DNA from: Trypethelium eluteriae
Lineage: Eukaryota
DNA: 34,970 nucleotides
NCBI GenBank assembly: GCA_051942245.1
Contig: JAVECL010000222.1
Span: 1-34,970 of the forward strand
Reading direction: 5' to 3'
Below, in pieces: positions 22,120 through 34,400 of the stretch. The notes beneath the pieces are model-generated. The model worked only from the letters and a program-made list of their open reading frames with translations. It had not been told where the DNA came from and did no database searches. A program made the translations under genes and the position numbers. How positions within the stretch are numbered: the first letter of the stretch is position 1; every line of letters starts with the position of its first letter.

Positions 22120-23363
22120 ATGTATAAGTCACCAGCAACCCTCACTTTCCTCCTCTCTTCGCTCTTTACCTTGGGGACACCCTCTCCTGTCGATACCGCA
22201 GCCAATGTGCATCAAAAACGCGCCGAATATGTGCGCGGAATCTCTAGTCTCGAGGTCAAGCGCTCTGAAAATGGGCCAGTCATCACCCAGAACTTTCCAG
22301 ATCCAAGCATTATCAAGGTCGGCTCAACGTGGTGGGCTTTTGCTACTGAGAGTGCCGGGACCGGCATCAACATCCCTATGGCTTCGTCCACCGATTTCAA
22401 GACGTGGACCGTAACAAGTCAAGACGCTTTGCCTAATACACCGCCGTGGGTCAATATGACGGCTCAAGCTCTCTGGGCTCCTGATGCTAACCAATTGGTA
22501 TGATAAAGGACTTGGTACTGGACCTCTTCCACTTTAGCAATGCACTGACAGACTCTTAGGACGACGGTACCTTTGTGTTGTACTTCAGCGCGGCAGTCAA
22601 CAATAACTCCGCCCATCACTGTGTCGGCGCCGCAACCTCCAAAAACGTGAATGGTCCATACGTTCCCCAGTCCGATCCACTCTTCTGCCCGATCCAACAA
22701 GGCGGTGCCATCGATCCAGCCGGCTTCAAAGATTGGCAAGTTAAGGGTAATTGGACGGCTGTCAACGGAAATTGGAACTCCAAACGGGCCGCAAAATACA
22801 GCAATAACAACAATAACTCCTGGACGAACGCCTCCTGGAGCCAAGGAGGAATGGGTGGGCAACGCTACATCACATACAAGGTTGACGGAAACAGTCTCGG
22901 CAATGGAGATCTAGCAGGCTATGGCAACTGCGGCAATACCGTTTCACCGATCGTGCCCACGCCAATCGTACTACAAGCCGTGGCTGCTGATGGAGTCACA
23001 ATCCAGGGTTCTGCCGTGACCATCCTGAACAACAACGGCCTGAGCGATAATGGTGTGGTGGAAGCCCCGTCGCTCGTCAAATCCGCTGGAGGTGAATATG
23101 TTCTCTTTTTTTCCAACGGCTGCTATGATACGGCGAACTATACGGTAAATTATGCGACCGCTTCCAGTGTTTCGGGACCGTATACGCGAAATGGGCCACT
23201 TTTCCAAACAGGTACGGACGGCTTGTATGCTCCCGGTGGAGCGGACGTTCTGTGGGATGCTCAGCATATGGTCTTCCATGCCGATTATCCTGACCACAAT
23301 GCGACGAACCGGCCAATGTACACAGCAATCATCAACATTCAGGGGAACACGGTTACGGCGTAG
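22120..23363 (+). CDS. Secreted glycoside hydrolase family 43 (arabinanase/arabinofuranosidase/xylosidase-like five-blade propeller, ~393 aa)
   Basis: join(22120-22497, 22560-23363). It has a hydrophobic signal peptide, NFPDPSII (catalytic base), LWAPD, HCVGAATS..GPY, GAIDPAGF (pKa modulator), VVEAPSLVK (catalytic acid) and APGGAD. Confidence 0.92.
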
Positions 23364-24309
23364 AGAGCATTGCCTTTGCGGATCCCCGTCTTGCTGGAGT
23401 TAGGCACAAAGAGACGACAGAACGTTGTTGTGTAACGGGACATGCCTAGATATGACATCTGATGATATTTGTTTAGGGATAATATTCTCTCAAAGAGTCC
23501 AATAGATATTGTCTTTTATATACATCGTACAGCATTATGCGGGTAATGTCCATACGTCGTTGATGCACGCCTCATACAGAATACAACGATTGAGTAATTT
23601 CACGCAAGGTGGTTGCCACACGCAACTTTTCTGAGTTGATTTAATGATAGCTATGGCCTTCAGCAGCGAGTGAACAGATATCTGGTTTTAGCTCTTCGAT
23701 CCCCAGCCGTCGCTGGCTACTCCTGCATACAAAAACCTCAGATCGCAACCATTTCCGAAGTGTCTTGAAGACTGTTGTGATTGGAGACTGGAATAGCAGT
23801 GATCGTGGCAGAGGCTCTTCTCGTCGCTTTCCGCTTCCAATCGGAATGCAACCCGGAGAATTAACAACACGGTCCTTTTCACCTCTACAATGAATGATGC
23901 CGTAGCTTCCGTGGCGCATCTTGCAGCCAACCTTGTAACAGAGTACCTCTGATATGGTTCATAGGAAGCGAATGAATGGAGGACCAATAGAATCATTCTG
24001 AAACTACTAGAATCTATGGCAGTCTAGGTCGTAATACAGATCATGGGAGACGCCTTTTCCGATTTGAGGGGCTGGAGGAATAGCCGAGAGACTATTTTCG
24101 AGGCGTAGGCTGTACTACTCGGAGTGGCAATGACATTTTCGATGTATGCACAGAGTTTCATTGGACTGAGTATGCATTGATCCAGTCGAAGAAAAGGTTC
24201 GTGTAGTGCCTGATATACGTTGGATAGTCTCAAGGAGAAGAGTATGAATAGGTCATGAAGCTCATTTTAAATTCAGATACACTAGAAATTTCATACGCTG
24301 ACGCAAAGT

Positions 24310-26038
24310 TCAAGCTGTTTTAACACGCTCAAAGACTGTGACCACCGTGCCGTCATTCAGACTATCCTTCCTTGGAACTAATTCGTATCCGCCCAACGTT
24401 GGTAATAACTTTCTCCAGACCGCCCAATACACCCCACTACCAATGAGTACAACAATGCCAATGACAGGGTAAAGCCAGTACGGCAACGAGGTATCTCCTT
24501 TACCTCCGGGAGGCCTCAAGAATGGAGCAATAATCAGGAAGCATTGAGATGCAAGGAAGAAGATTGCAACCGGGAGCCAACACTTGAATGGACGATTCAG
24601 CTCTGGCTTCTTCCAGCGGAAATACAAGAGCCCGCATACGACCAAAAGCGCAATGATGGACGTGGGATATCCCTCGACGTCAATGATGAAATTGAAGGCA
24701 TCCCCAAAAGGAATTGCGACAATGACAATGAACGAAGGGATAAAGTGGAGGAGCAAACCCGCGGATGGTGCACCAGCAGGCCAGGAAGACGCCCAGAACT
24801 TGGGGAAGGGGATAACGCCCTCCTTTGCCAGCTCCTGATTGACGCGAGACTGGGCAAATGTGATGGTGAGAACGTTTCCGAGAGCCGAGAGTGCCACAAA
24901 GACGCTGAGGACCTGCTGGGCTGTTTTGCCGAAGACTTCGCCGAAGAAGACCGATGCAACGGTGTTCTTGCTAGCTATGACCTGCTTCGGAGTCGCTGCG
25001 GCGAAGTAGGAGACGTTGGCGAGGAGATACAGCACACCGCAAATTCCGAGACCAAGCGGTCCTGCAATCTTGAGAGTGCGTACTGGGCGTTTGACTTCGT
25101 TGAGGACGTACGCGGCGTTGCTCCAGCCAGCATACGAGTTCAACACCTTGAACAGCGCGGTGGCATAGCGGTTGGGTGAGGTTGCACTCCCATGGAAGCT
25201 ATTCTTGAAACTTGCTCCCGGGTTCTGAATTCTCTTGGCGCCTCCACCAAGCACAACCCAACCAGTCACAATGATAAAGACGAGAATGATGACTTTGAGG
25301 GATCCAAGGAGATTGTTCAGGCGGACGCCCATTTTCGGGATAAAGGTGTGGACAGCGGTGACGAAAACAATCACTGTGATTGCGATCCCGCGCTCCTCCC
25401 ATTCCGTGGCCTGTCGATTGGCCGCCTGGACGATATTGGAGGCAAAGATGATGCAGCCTGATGCGGTGAATCCTAGGAAGATGGCATTGACTGCGAAGAT
25501 GATCGTCGCGAGGAATTTCGGGCGGGTATAGACGGCTTCCAGGTAGTTTTTCTCGCCACCGCTGCGAGGAAACATGCATCCAAATTCGAGCCAGACCATC
25601 AAGCCAGCAAACGACATGACTAGACCGAGTACCCACAACATCATGGCAGCGCCTACGCTATCGACACTTTCAACAATGGACGATGGCGTAGAGAAGATAC
25701 CAGTGCCAATGATGCGGCCAATACTGGAATCATAAGTCAGCTAAATTGTCCGATAGAAGGAGACAGCTAGAAGAATGCAGGCCGTGAGACCTTAGATAAA
25801 CTTACATTAGGAATGTGGTAGAGACCAAACCCAAATGCCTTCCTAAGCCTCCGCTTGTCGCCTCTTCAGTCGTCAACTCCCCGGCCTGGATAGGCTGGAC
25901 AGTGACCATTTCCTCCTTCTTGCCATCGAAGTCCGAGGCGGTATCCGATGAGGACGACCTGGAGAAAAAAACAGGAGCACGTGAAGTGCCCGGCAGCATG
26001 GCCTTAGCCCGCTGCGCGAAGCTGGACAGTCTGTCCAT
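24310..26038 (-). CDS. APC-superfamily amino-acid permease, high-affinity methionine permease Mup1-like (~548 aa)
   Basis: join(25806-26038, 24310-25723) = 1647 nt. Motifs: GRHLGLVSTTFLI|IGRIIGTGIFSTPSSI, LEFGCMFPRSGGEKNYLE, NSYAGWSNAAYVLNEVKRP, SRVNQELAKEGVIP; many hydrophobic segments. Confidence 0.9.
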
Positions 26039-26602
26039 AGCTTGTGAATAGGCTACCCAGCGATTTCAATATTTGAGTTGATGAACAGATGTCGAGATTA
26101 GGAAAAAGAAGTTCACATGTTCTTGGCAAAAAAATAATTATCAAGGAAATCCTCGTTGGAAGACTGGGGAGATTGTGGGGTATAAGAAGCAAAAGTATTG
26201 CAAACGATAGATCTTCAGGCAGCTTTCCGTTTGAGATGCCAGTCCCCAAAGCGCATCGAGTTTCAGAGTGTGTCTGTGGTCCCGGTGCAACGGGTTTCGT
26301 TTATGTCTCAGGACCTTCGGAACGCGCCCCACTGGGAACCCTATCAAGGATTGCATCGTGTGAAAACTTTCCACACTACATCCACACATTCGTATTGGTT
26401 CAAGATTGCGTGATAGCAATCATTGATGGTGTTCTGAAGATTGATACTTTCCAGGTTTCGCGTCAGGGTCGGCAAGAAGGTGGTGAGGCGGCTTTTTCAT
26501 GATTACTTTGGTCGGGAACGCGTACGTCTTACTGTGATGAGCTCTATCTCAGAATTGTCTGACGCGGCAGCGATTGAAGATGTTGTGAAGGTGGTTGGAA
26601 AG

Positions 26603-29600
26603 CTAATGGAGGTTCTGCGCGGTAGAGTAGGGGCGGAGGGAGAGGGCTCCGCTGCGGAAGACGGGACATGCCGTATTACCAACGCTACCTCGATTCGACG
26701 ACCTCTTTCCTCTAGTGATTGACAGCAAGGCATCTCTCGTAAGGAGAAACACTAATACTGCGCTACCACCTCGGTTGCAAGTCGCTACTTCGAAAACCTT
26801 TTCAGTGATTAACAGCGATGGATCTCTCTCAAGAAGAAACTCTATCACCACTTTACCACCTACGTTACCTGCCGCTGCTTTGACGACCTCGTCAGTAATT
26901 GACGGCGAGGGATCTCTCTCAAGCAGAAACTCTATCACTGCTTTACCACCTGGGTTAGACGCCGCTGCTTTAACGACCTCTTCGGTGATTGACAGTGACG
27001 GATCTCTCTCAAGGAGAAACCCTATTGCTGCTTTACCACCTGGGTTCAATTTACCACCTCGGTTGCACGCCGCTGCTTTGACAACCTCTTCAGTAATCAG
27101 CAGCGAGGGGTCTCTCTCGAGGAGAAACTCTATTACTGGTTTACCAGCTGGGGTTACTTTACCACCTCGATTGGACGCCGCTGCTTTGATGATATCTTCA
27201 GTAATCAGCAGCGAGGGATCTCTCTCAAGGAGAAACTCTATTACCGCTTTACCACCACGGTTGCATGCCGCTGCTTCAAGGACTTTTTCGGTGATCTGGA
27301 CATCGTCTCCCCGCCGGTCGAGGAGCAGTGTCATGACCTCTTTATTAAAGTGTCTTGCAATCGATATTACGATCTCTTCAGTGATCTGGATGTCGTCTCC
27401 CCGCCGGTAGAGAAGCAGCGTCATAATTTCTTTCCCATTCTCTTGGTTATCTGCAGCTGCATTTATGACCTTTTCAGAAATCTGGACATCGTCTCCCCGC
27501 CGGTCGAGGAGTAGCGTCATGACTTCTTTATCAAAGCGTCTCACGATTGATGTTAAAATCTCTTCGGTAATCTGGATATTATCTTCCTGCCGGTTGAGAA
27601 GCAGCGTCATAAGATCTTTGGCACTCTTGTGTTTCCCTAGAGCTACCTTCGTAATGATTTTGGTGGTCTGGACATCATTTCCCCGCCGGTCGAGGAGCAG
27701 TGTAATGACTTCTTTCCCACACCCATAATTCCCTGTTGCCGCCTTTACGACCTCTTCGGTAATCTGGACGTCGTTTCCCCGCCGATCGAGGAGCAGCATC
27801 ATGACTTCTTTACCGCTGCTGTAATTCCTTGCAGCGACCTTCACGACCTCTTCAGTGATCTTTATGTGCTGTTGGTCTTGTTTGAAGAGGTAGTCAATGA
27901 CCGCACAGCTTCCGTATTTTGCCGCAACTTCTAAAAGGCCACGTCCCTCCTTATTCACCCACGATTTGATTGGTGTTGCACCTCCTACTAAATCTTGCAG
28001 CTGTTCTTCGAAATTAAAGACGCAGGATATGAATAGCCGTGCAGCCGTAGTAGAGTATGCGACCAGTACCGCATCTCGCAACTGTCTCTTCAGTCGCCAG
28101 TTAACTACCCCTACTAAATGCCTTTGAAGCCGATCGTGCCAGTGCTCAAGCCAACAAGGCTCGTTGCTATCTTCAGACGTGACGTGGGCTAACGCCATGT
28201 TCACTCTGCCTGATTTCCTGCTATCTCCAGCTGCTTGGCAATGCACCGGCCAGTACATATCTGCGTACTTGCTGAGTTTCTGAATCATAGCTGGTGTGAT
28301 ATTCCCAGGCGACCTTCGTGGGGGAAGCGAATTTTCAGCTGCTAAGTTTCCATTTGTCGATAGGATAGTCCAGAGACAAATCTCCGCAGCCAGCGCGTTA
28401 GTATGTGAAGGGCTATAGTCGGGTCTCTGTTCCAGAAACTCTCGTACGGACAGATGTGCAAAGCGAAACGTGTCCAGCTGTGAGTCGAAAATAACAAAAT
28501 TGTTGCAAGTCTTGAGTACTAAATCCTTGGATACCAAGCTTGCAGGATTCCGTGACTTAGTGTTCAGAGAGACCGCGCATAAAAACTCCTCGGTGTTAAG
28601 GCTTCTTCCGGCGCACAAGAGCCAGTGGAGAGCATTGCTAAAGATTGTTGCTTGAATCTCGCCTGGTCTTCTGGACAGAAAGGTATAAATCTCGGTATAG
28701 AGAGTGTACAAGTCTGGCGGGAGTCGGCCAAGATTATTCTTTATATCATCATCAACATCGAAGGAGCAGAGATATTGTAGTTGCATGCTTGCCCATCGAA
28801 ACCTGGAATGGTCAACACAGCGAAATTGTGCTTTTGTCTTACACTCACATGCCACCAGCACCTTCAACCACCTTGCTTACAATGAGCTCTTCCATATCCG
28901 CCGGCGAAGTGCTGTACTGTAACAAATCTCCATTTTTAATGAGCTGCTTTGTTTGATCCTCGACAAAGCGCGCGATGTCGTTGCTGTTCTTTCGAGAATC
29001 GATCTCGAGGTTTGGATAGTCCTTCAGAAGCAGGACGATGTCCTGGTCATTCCGACTCGAAATGAACATCTTAACTAGACTGGATGCGTTTTGAAGGATT
29101 TGCTCTAGGATTCTGAGAAACTCGCGCCGTTTCTGAGGGTCACATTCATCCATAGCATCTATAATTATTGTTGTTAGAGGATACTGCTTGATGAGCTGTA
29201 GAATAAGAGTACGGCTGTCGTCCAATTGAAGCGACCCGGACGCAAATCCTTCCTCTTCTTTCTTCTTAAAAAGGTTGACTGTAGGCCTCATGAGGGGCCT
29301 TCCAGGCTCTAGACATGACAGTTGTCTCGCGAGACTGGCGAGTATAGCTTCAGGGTCAGAACGTGCAGGCTCTGCTGGGTTTCGTGAGCAATAGAAGAAG
29401 ACGGGTTGGGGACTGTCGCCGGCCCTGAAAGTTCTCCAAGCATCTTCTATCACGATCGAACTAAATGTGTCAGCAAGCAGCCGGCTATTGCCAAGCATAC
29501 GGAAAACCTTACACGAGTTTGCTCTTACCCGACCCAGGAATACCATGTAACCATAAGATAGAGGATGCGCTCTCATTCTTCCATTCCTTGAAAACAGGAT

Positions 29601-30738
29601 CAGACAGGAGCCACTGTCCTGTCCCAGCTAGAACACCCTGTGTTGCTTGTCTATGATGCTGTATGTATGGCTCAGGCGAAAGCCATTGGAGAATAACCGC
29701 GCGCTTTGGTGCTGTAAGCAATAAGCCAAGGCTCCACTGATTTCTAGAAGTCCCTGCCTTGAAGATCATCATGGAGATTTGTCAAATCATCGTTCATTCT
29801 TCGCAGCGGCGCGTCGATGGATCCCAGTAGCCGCACTAGCTGTGCATGGTCGTCAATTTTATCTGCAGGAAACATTTAGTATTATGAAGGGATTGTGATG
29901 ACTGATACAAACCACTTCTGTCTACCAAAGCCATGCATCGATCTACGTCATATTGTGCTGTACGAATATTGCTCAAATCTGGCTCGAACTGCGTTTCGGC
30001 ACTGATTGCGCTTTTGAGGACTCGCTCTAGACGCGCTCATGAGTCGCTGCCCTTTACCTATGGGCACTTTAAACTTACTTGTAGTCCCTTGTTCAAGGTA
30101 TTGCTTCGCCTTAGATAAGTAGCTTAAGATACTTGCATAAAGCCAGACCAGGGCTTTTTCTAGCTCTTCGATGGCATTTGTTGTTCCCTGGAGGTACAGG
30201 GTTTCGATAACAGCGTAGCGACAGATAAGTTGAGCTATCTGAGCAAGCCCTTCGATTACTGACGCAAATTTGTTGGTATCGTTGACCGCGATCTGCAGGC
30301 CTGTGAGTCGCTTTCCCCTGAATAGAGCCGCGTTACGCACTTGCAGAACCAGACGAATCCCCGCCCACGGAAGTGAAGCATGCACCGGGTCGTATTGAAC
30401 CGCAATGTCGCCAATCTGTTTGAACATATCAATCCACCTAACCATCTTGTCGAAAACATCTCTTATAATGACAGTCTCTCCACTCTTGCGAGTGTATTTC
30501 CATCTTGACTTGACACATCTTTGCCTCGCTTGTTCGGCTTCCGCGTGGAGTTCGGCGAGGATATTGAGCTTATCTGGACGACTGAAATTGATGTTCCGCC
30601 TTTCATCGTCGGACAGTTGCGCTGCTGCCCGAGCCCAGAAGTCGTTCCTACAACAGTGGGTAGAGTTACTAGACGCACTCAGAACAAATAGGACCGAATT
30701 GCTCACACATTCGCTTGCGGTACAATGTGGGCTGTCAT
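26603..30738 (-). CDS. Fungal NLR: Goodbye-like (NWD-NACHT N-terminal) domain + NACHT + ankyrin-like repeats (~1260 aa)
   Basis: Eight exons: 30707-30738, 30341-30647, 30079-30292, 29913-30026, 29758-29862, 29513-29711, 28849-29460, 26603-28802 (3783 nt, no internal stop). An unspliced start at 30763 is also in frame. Motifs: GDIAVQYDPVHASLPWAGIR, ILQWLS, GTGQWLL, LWLHGIPGSGKSKL, FFYC, IIIDAMDEC, FISSR, GMFRWASMQL, FAHLSVREFL. The model needs a GC donor at 29757. Confidence 0.87.
26715..27860 (-). repeat. Coding tandem array of about 12 ankyrin-like ITEEVVKAAA.N repeats in two sequence classes
   Basis: Class A (LLLDRRGDDVQ) anchors lie at about 27777, 27681, 27585, 27495, 27399 and 27309 (spacings 96, 96, 90, 96, 90). 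Class B (FLLERDPSL) anchors lie at about 27216, 27108, 27000, 26910, 26820 and 26730 (spacings 108, 108, 90, 90, 90). Confidence 0.9.
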
Positions 30739-31470
30739 GTTTTGAAGAGGTATTTTTGCTCATTTCAGTAGCTATTGGGCAATGGATGCTGGAATTGAGG
30801 TGGTAAACTGATAACTGATAGATTGAAGTGCATTTCAGGTCTAGGTTGCCGTGAGGCAGCAGACAGGACGAGATGAGGCTGATGAGCTTATACGCTGGTA
30901 CAAATGAAGAGGTACCTTAAGGACCATCAAACTCAAGGTAAATAATGCCACTGCCCTTCAAAAAGAAGCATACAACAGGCAAATTCGCCTAAGCACAAAA
31001 TTTAACATAAACAACTACGATACATAACAGTCACAGACCTGGTGGTCAAGCAAGTAAACACTACCCACCGAATCTGTATAAGAGAGAGCTATTCTCTTGG
31101 TGAATAGAGGTGCTTGCAGAAGTGCACACGCAGGCGGAGAAGGCGTTTAATTCCGACCCAGGGGGTTTGATGCGAAGATTACGCGTTGGGGTGGAAGAGT
31201 GGCGGCCATTCCTCAGCCACAATTGCGAAGAGGGCAGTGTTTCCAAGAGATGCGCACTCCGTTGTGACGTTGGCCGACAACTTCCGCCCAGTCAAGCTTT
31301 CTCCAGCTCTCTAGAATTACGACTCCTCGACAAAGACCTAATCCTGTTGCCTATTCCCCTTCTTCCTGAGCAACAATTCTTTCCCACTCCCACTTGGACC
31401 ATCCGCATACTCAACCGCAATTACTCGAACTCTTCGGTCGTGTTAAAGAACTTGGGAGGTAGCACAACGG

Positions 31471-34400
31471 ATGGTATGGCCCAACATTTTGATATGCTAT
31501 CTCTCGTTGCGCTGATTCATATTGTTCTAATGTCCAGGCTGTCACAAAGCGTGCCGGCCGGAAGAAGGACGCCGGCAATGCGCAATCCTCCGGTGGTACC
31601 GGAGGAAAGCCCCAGGTGAAGAAAGCCGTCTTCGAAAGTACCAAGAAAAAGGAAGTTGGAGTCTCGGATCTCACCCTGATTAGCAAAATCTCGAACGAAG
31701 CCATCAACGACAATCTAAAAAAACGATTCGAGAATGCCGAGATCTACACCTATATCGGCCATGTGCTGGTTTCCGTTAACCCATTTCGAGACCTGGGCAT
31801 CTACACAGATAAAGTGCTGGATTCATACAGAGGGAAGAACAGGCTGGAGATGCCACCTCACGTCTTTGCTATTGCCGAATCATCATATTACAACATGAAG
31901 GCATACAACGACAATCAGTGCATAATTATTTCAGGAGAATCAGGAGCAGGAAAGACGGAGGCTGCAAAGAGAATCATGCAATACATCGCCAACGTTTCGG
32001 GGGGGAGTAATTCGTCGATTCAGCAGACAAAGGACATGGTGCTGGCCACCAATCCCTTGCTCGAGTCTTTCGGAAACGCCAAGACATTGAGAAATAACAA
32101 TTCTTCGCGGTTCGGCAAATATTTGGAGATACAATTCAATGCGCAAGGTGAGCCGGTAGGGGCAAATATAAATAACTACCTCCTTGAAAAGTCAAGAGTA
32201 GTGGGCCAGATCACCAACGAGCGGAATTTCCACATCTTCTACCAATTCACGAAAGCCGCATCACAAAACTACCGGGAAACCTTTGGCGTTCAACCACCAC
32301 AGTCGTACCTCTATACCAGTCGATCCAAATGCAGTGATGTCCCAGGCATTGACGATACGGCAGAGTTTCAGGACACGCTGAACGCAATGAAGATCATTGG
32401 CCTCCAACAATCGGAGCAGGATGATATTTTCCGGATGTTGGCCGCCATCCTTTGGATTGGGAACATAACGTTTGTGGAGGATGATCAAGGCAACGGTGCG
32501 ATATCGGATCAATCGGTAGTCGATTTTGTCGCATACCTATTGGAAGTTGACTCTGCTCATGTCAATAAAGCTCTCACCTCAAGGATTGTCGAGACGCAGC
32601 GAGGTATTGGCCGAAGAGGGTCGACTTATGATGTACCCTTGAACCCTGCACAAGCAACGGCTGTGCGAGATGCCATGGCCAAAGGGATATACAACAACAT
32701 GTTCGATTGGATCATTCAGAGAGTCAATCAGTCTCTTAGAGCCCGTGGAGCAATCTCTCAATCGATTGGGATACTGGATATCTACGGGTTCGAGATCTTC
32801 GAGAAGAACAGCTTTGAGCAGCTCTGCATTAATTACGTGAACGAGAAGCTGCAACAAATCTTCATTCAGTTGACATTAAAGACCGAGCAAGATGAGTACG
32901 CGCGAGAACAGATCCAATGGACTCCCATTAAGTACTTTGACAACAAAGTTGTCTGTGAGCTCATCGAGGAAAGAAGACCACCCGGAGTGTTTTCGGCCTT
33001 GAATGATGCTTGTGCGACGGCTCACGCAGATCCAACCGCAGCAGATCAAACATTCGTTCAGAGATTGAACTCTCTATCCGGAAACCCTAATTTCGCCCCA
33101 CGACAGGGCCAATTCGTCATCAAGCATTACGCTGGAGATGTGTCATATGCTGTCGAAGGCATGACTGACAAGAATAAAGATCAGCTACTCAAGGACCTTC
33201 TCAACCTCGTTGCTCAAAGTTCCAACAATTTCGTCCATACCCTCTTTCCACATCAAGTCGACCAAGACAACAAAAAGCGACCACCGACGGCTGGAGATAA
33301 GATCAAAGCCTCAGCCAATGATCTCGTAGCGACTCTCATGAAGGCTTCACCATCATACATCCGCACTATCAAACCAAATGAAAACAAATCACCTACAGAA
33401 TACAACTCACCAAATGTATTGCATCAAATAAAGTACCTAGGCCTCCAAGAAAACGTACGGATTCGACGAGCTGGGTTTGCATACCGACAAACGTTCGAGA
33501 AGTTCGTCGAGCGCTTCTATCTTCTCTCACCCAAGACTTCGTACGCTGGAGACTACACGTGGACTGGTGACGCACTTTCAGGCACGAAACAAATCTTGAA
33601 AGATACGAGCATACCCAAAGAGGAGTGGCAAATGGGAGTCACAAAAGCTTTTATCAAAACCCCGGAGACACTCTTTGCCCTAGAGACGATGCGAGACAGG
33701 TATTGGCACAATATGGCAATTCGAATTCAACGTGCATGGAGAAATTACTTGCGCTACCGGAGTGAATGTGCTATTCGCATACAGCGATTCTGGAGAAAGA
33801 TGACCGGTGGGAGAGAGTTCATCGAACTTCGGGATCAAGGACATAAAGTGCTTCAGGGACGTAAAGAGCGACGGCGATACTCACTTGTTGGCTACCGAAG
33901 ATTCATGGGTGACTACCTCGGTATAGGTAACAAAGGTGGCCCCGGCGAGATGATTAGAAACTCGATCAATATTCCAGCCTCGGACAGAGTTCTATTTTCA
34001 TGTCGATGTGAAGTCTTAGTCTCGAAGCTCGGGAGATCAAGCAAGCCGGAGCCTCGCATGTTGATCCTCACGAACCGCAACATTTACATTGTCAAACAGG
34101 CCATTGTCAACAAACAGCTATCTATCATTGCGGAGCGAACAGTATCATTAGGTGCTCTTAAATTCATCAGCTGCTCAACCCTTAAAGATGACTGGTTTTC
34201 CATCGGTGCAGGCTCCCCGCAAGAACCCGACCCTCTTGTGAACTGTATCTTTAAAACCGAATTCTTCACCCATCTCACGAACGCGACTCGCGGCTCCAGC
34301 AATCTGAAGATCGCCGATAGCGTCGAGTACGCCAAAAAGCCTGGCAAAATCCAGACAGTCAAAGCCATCAAAGATCCTGCCGTCCCTCGCGATGACGTGT

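Noticed and set aside
26715..27728. Long Ser-rich plus-strand ORFs (231 aa, 87 aa)
   Set aside because: These are antisense shadows of the ankyrin-like repeat array.
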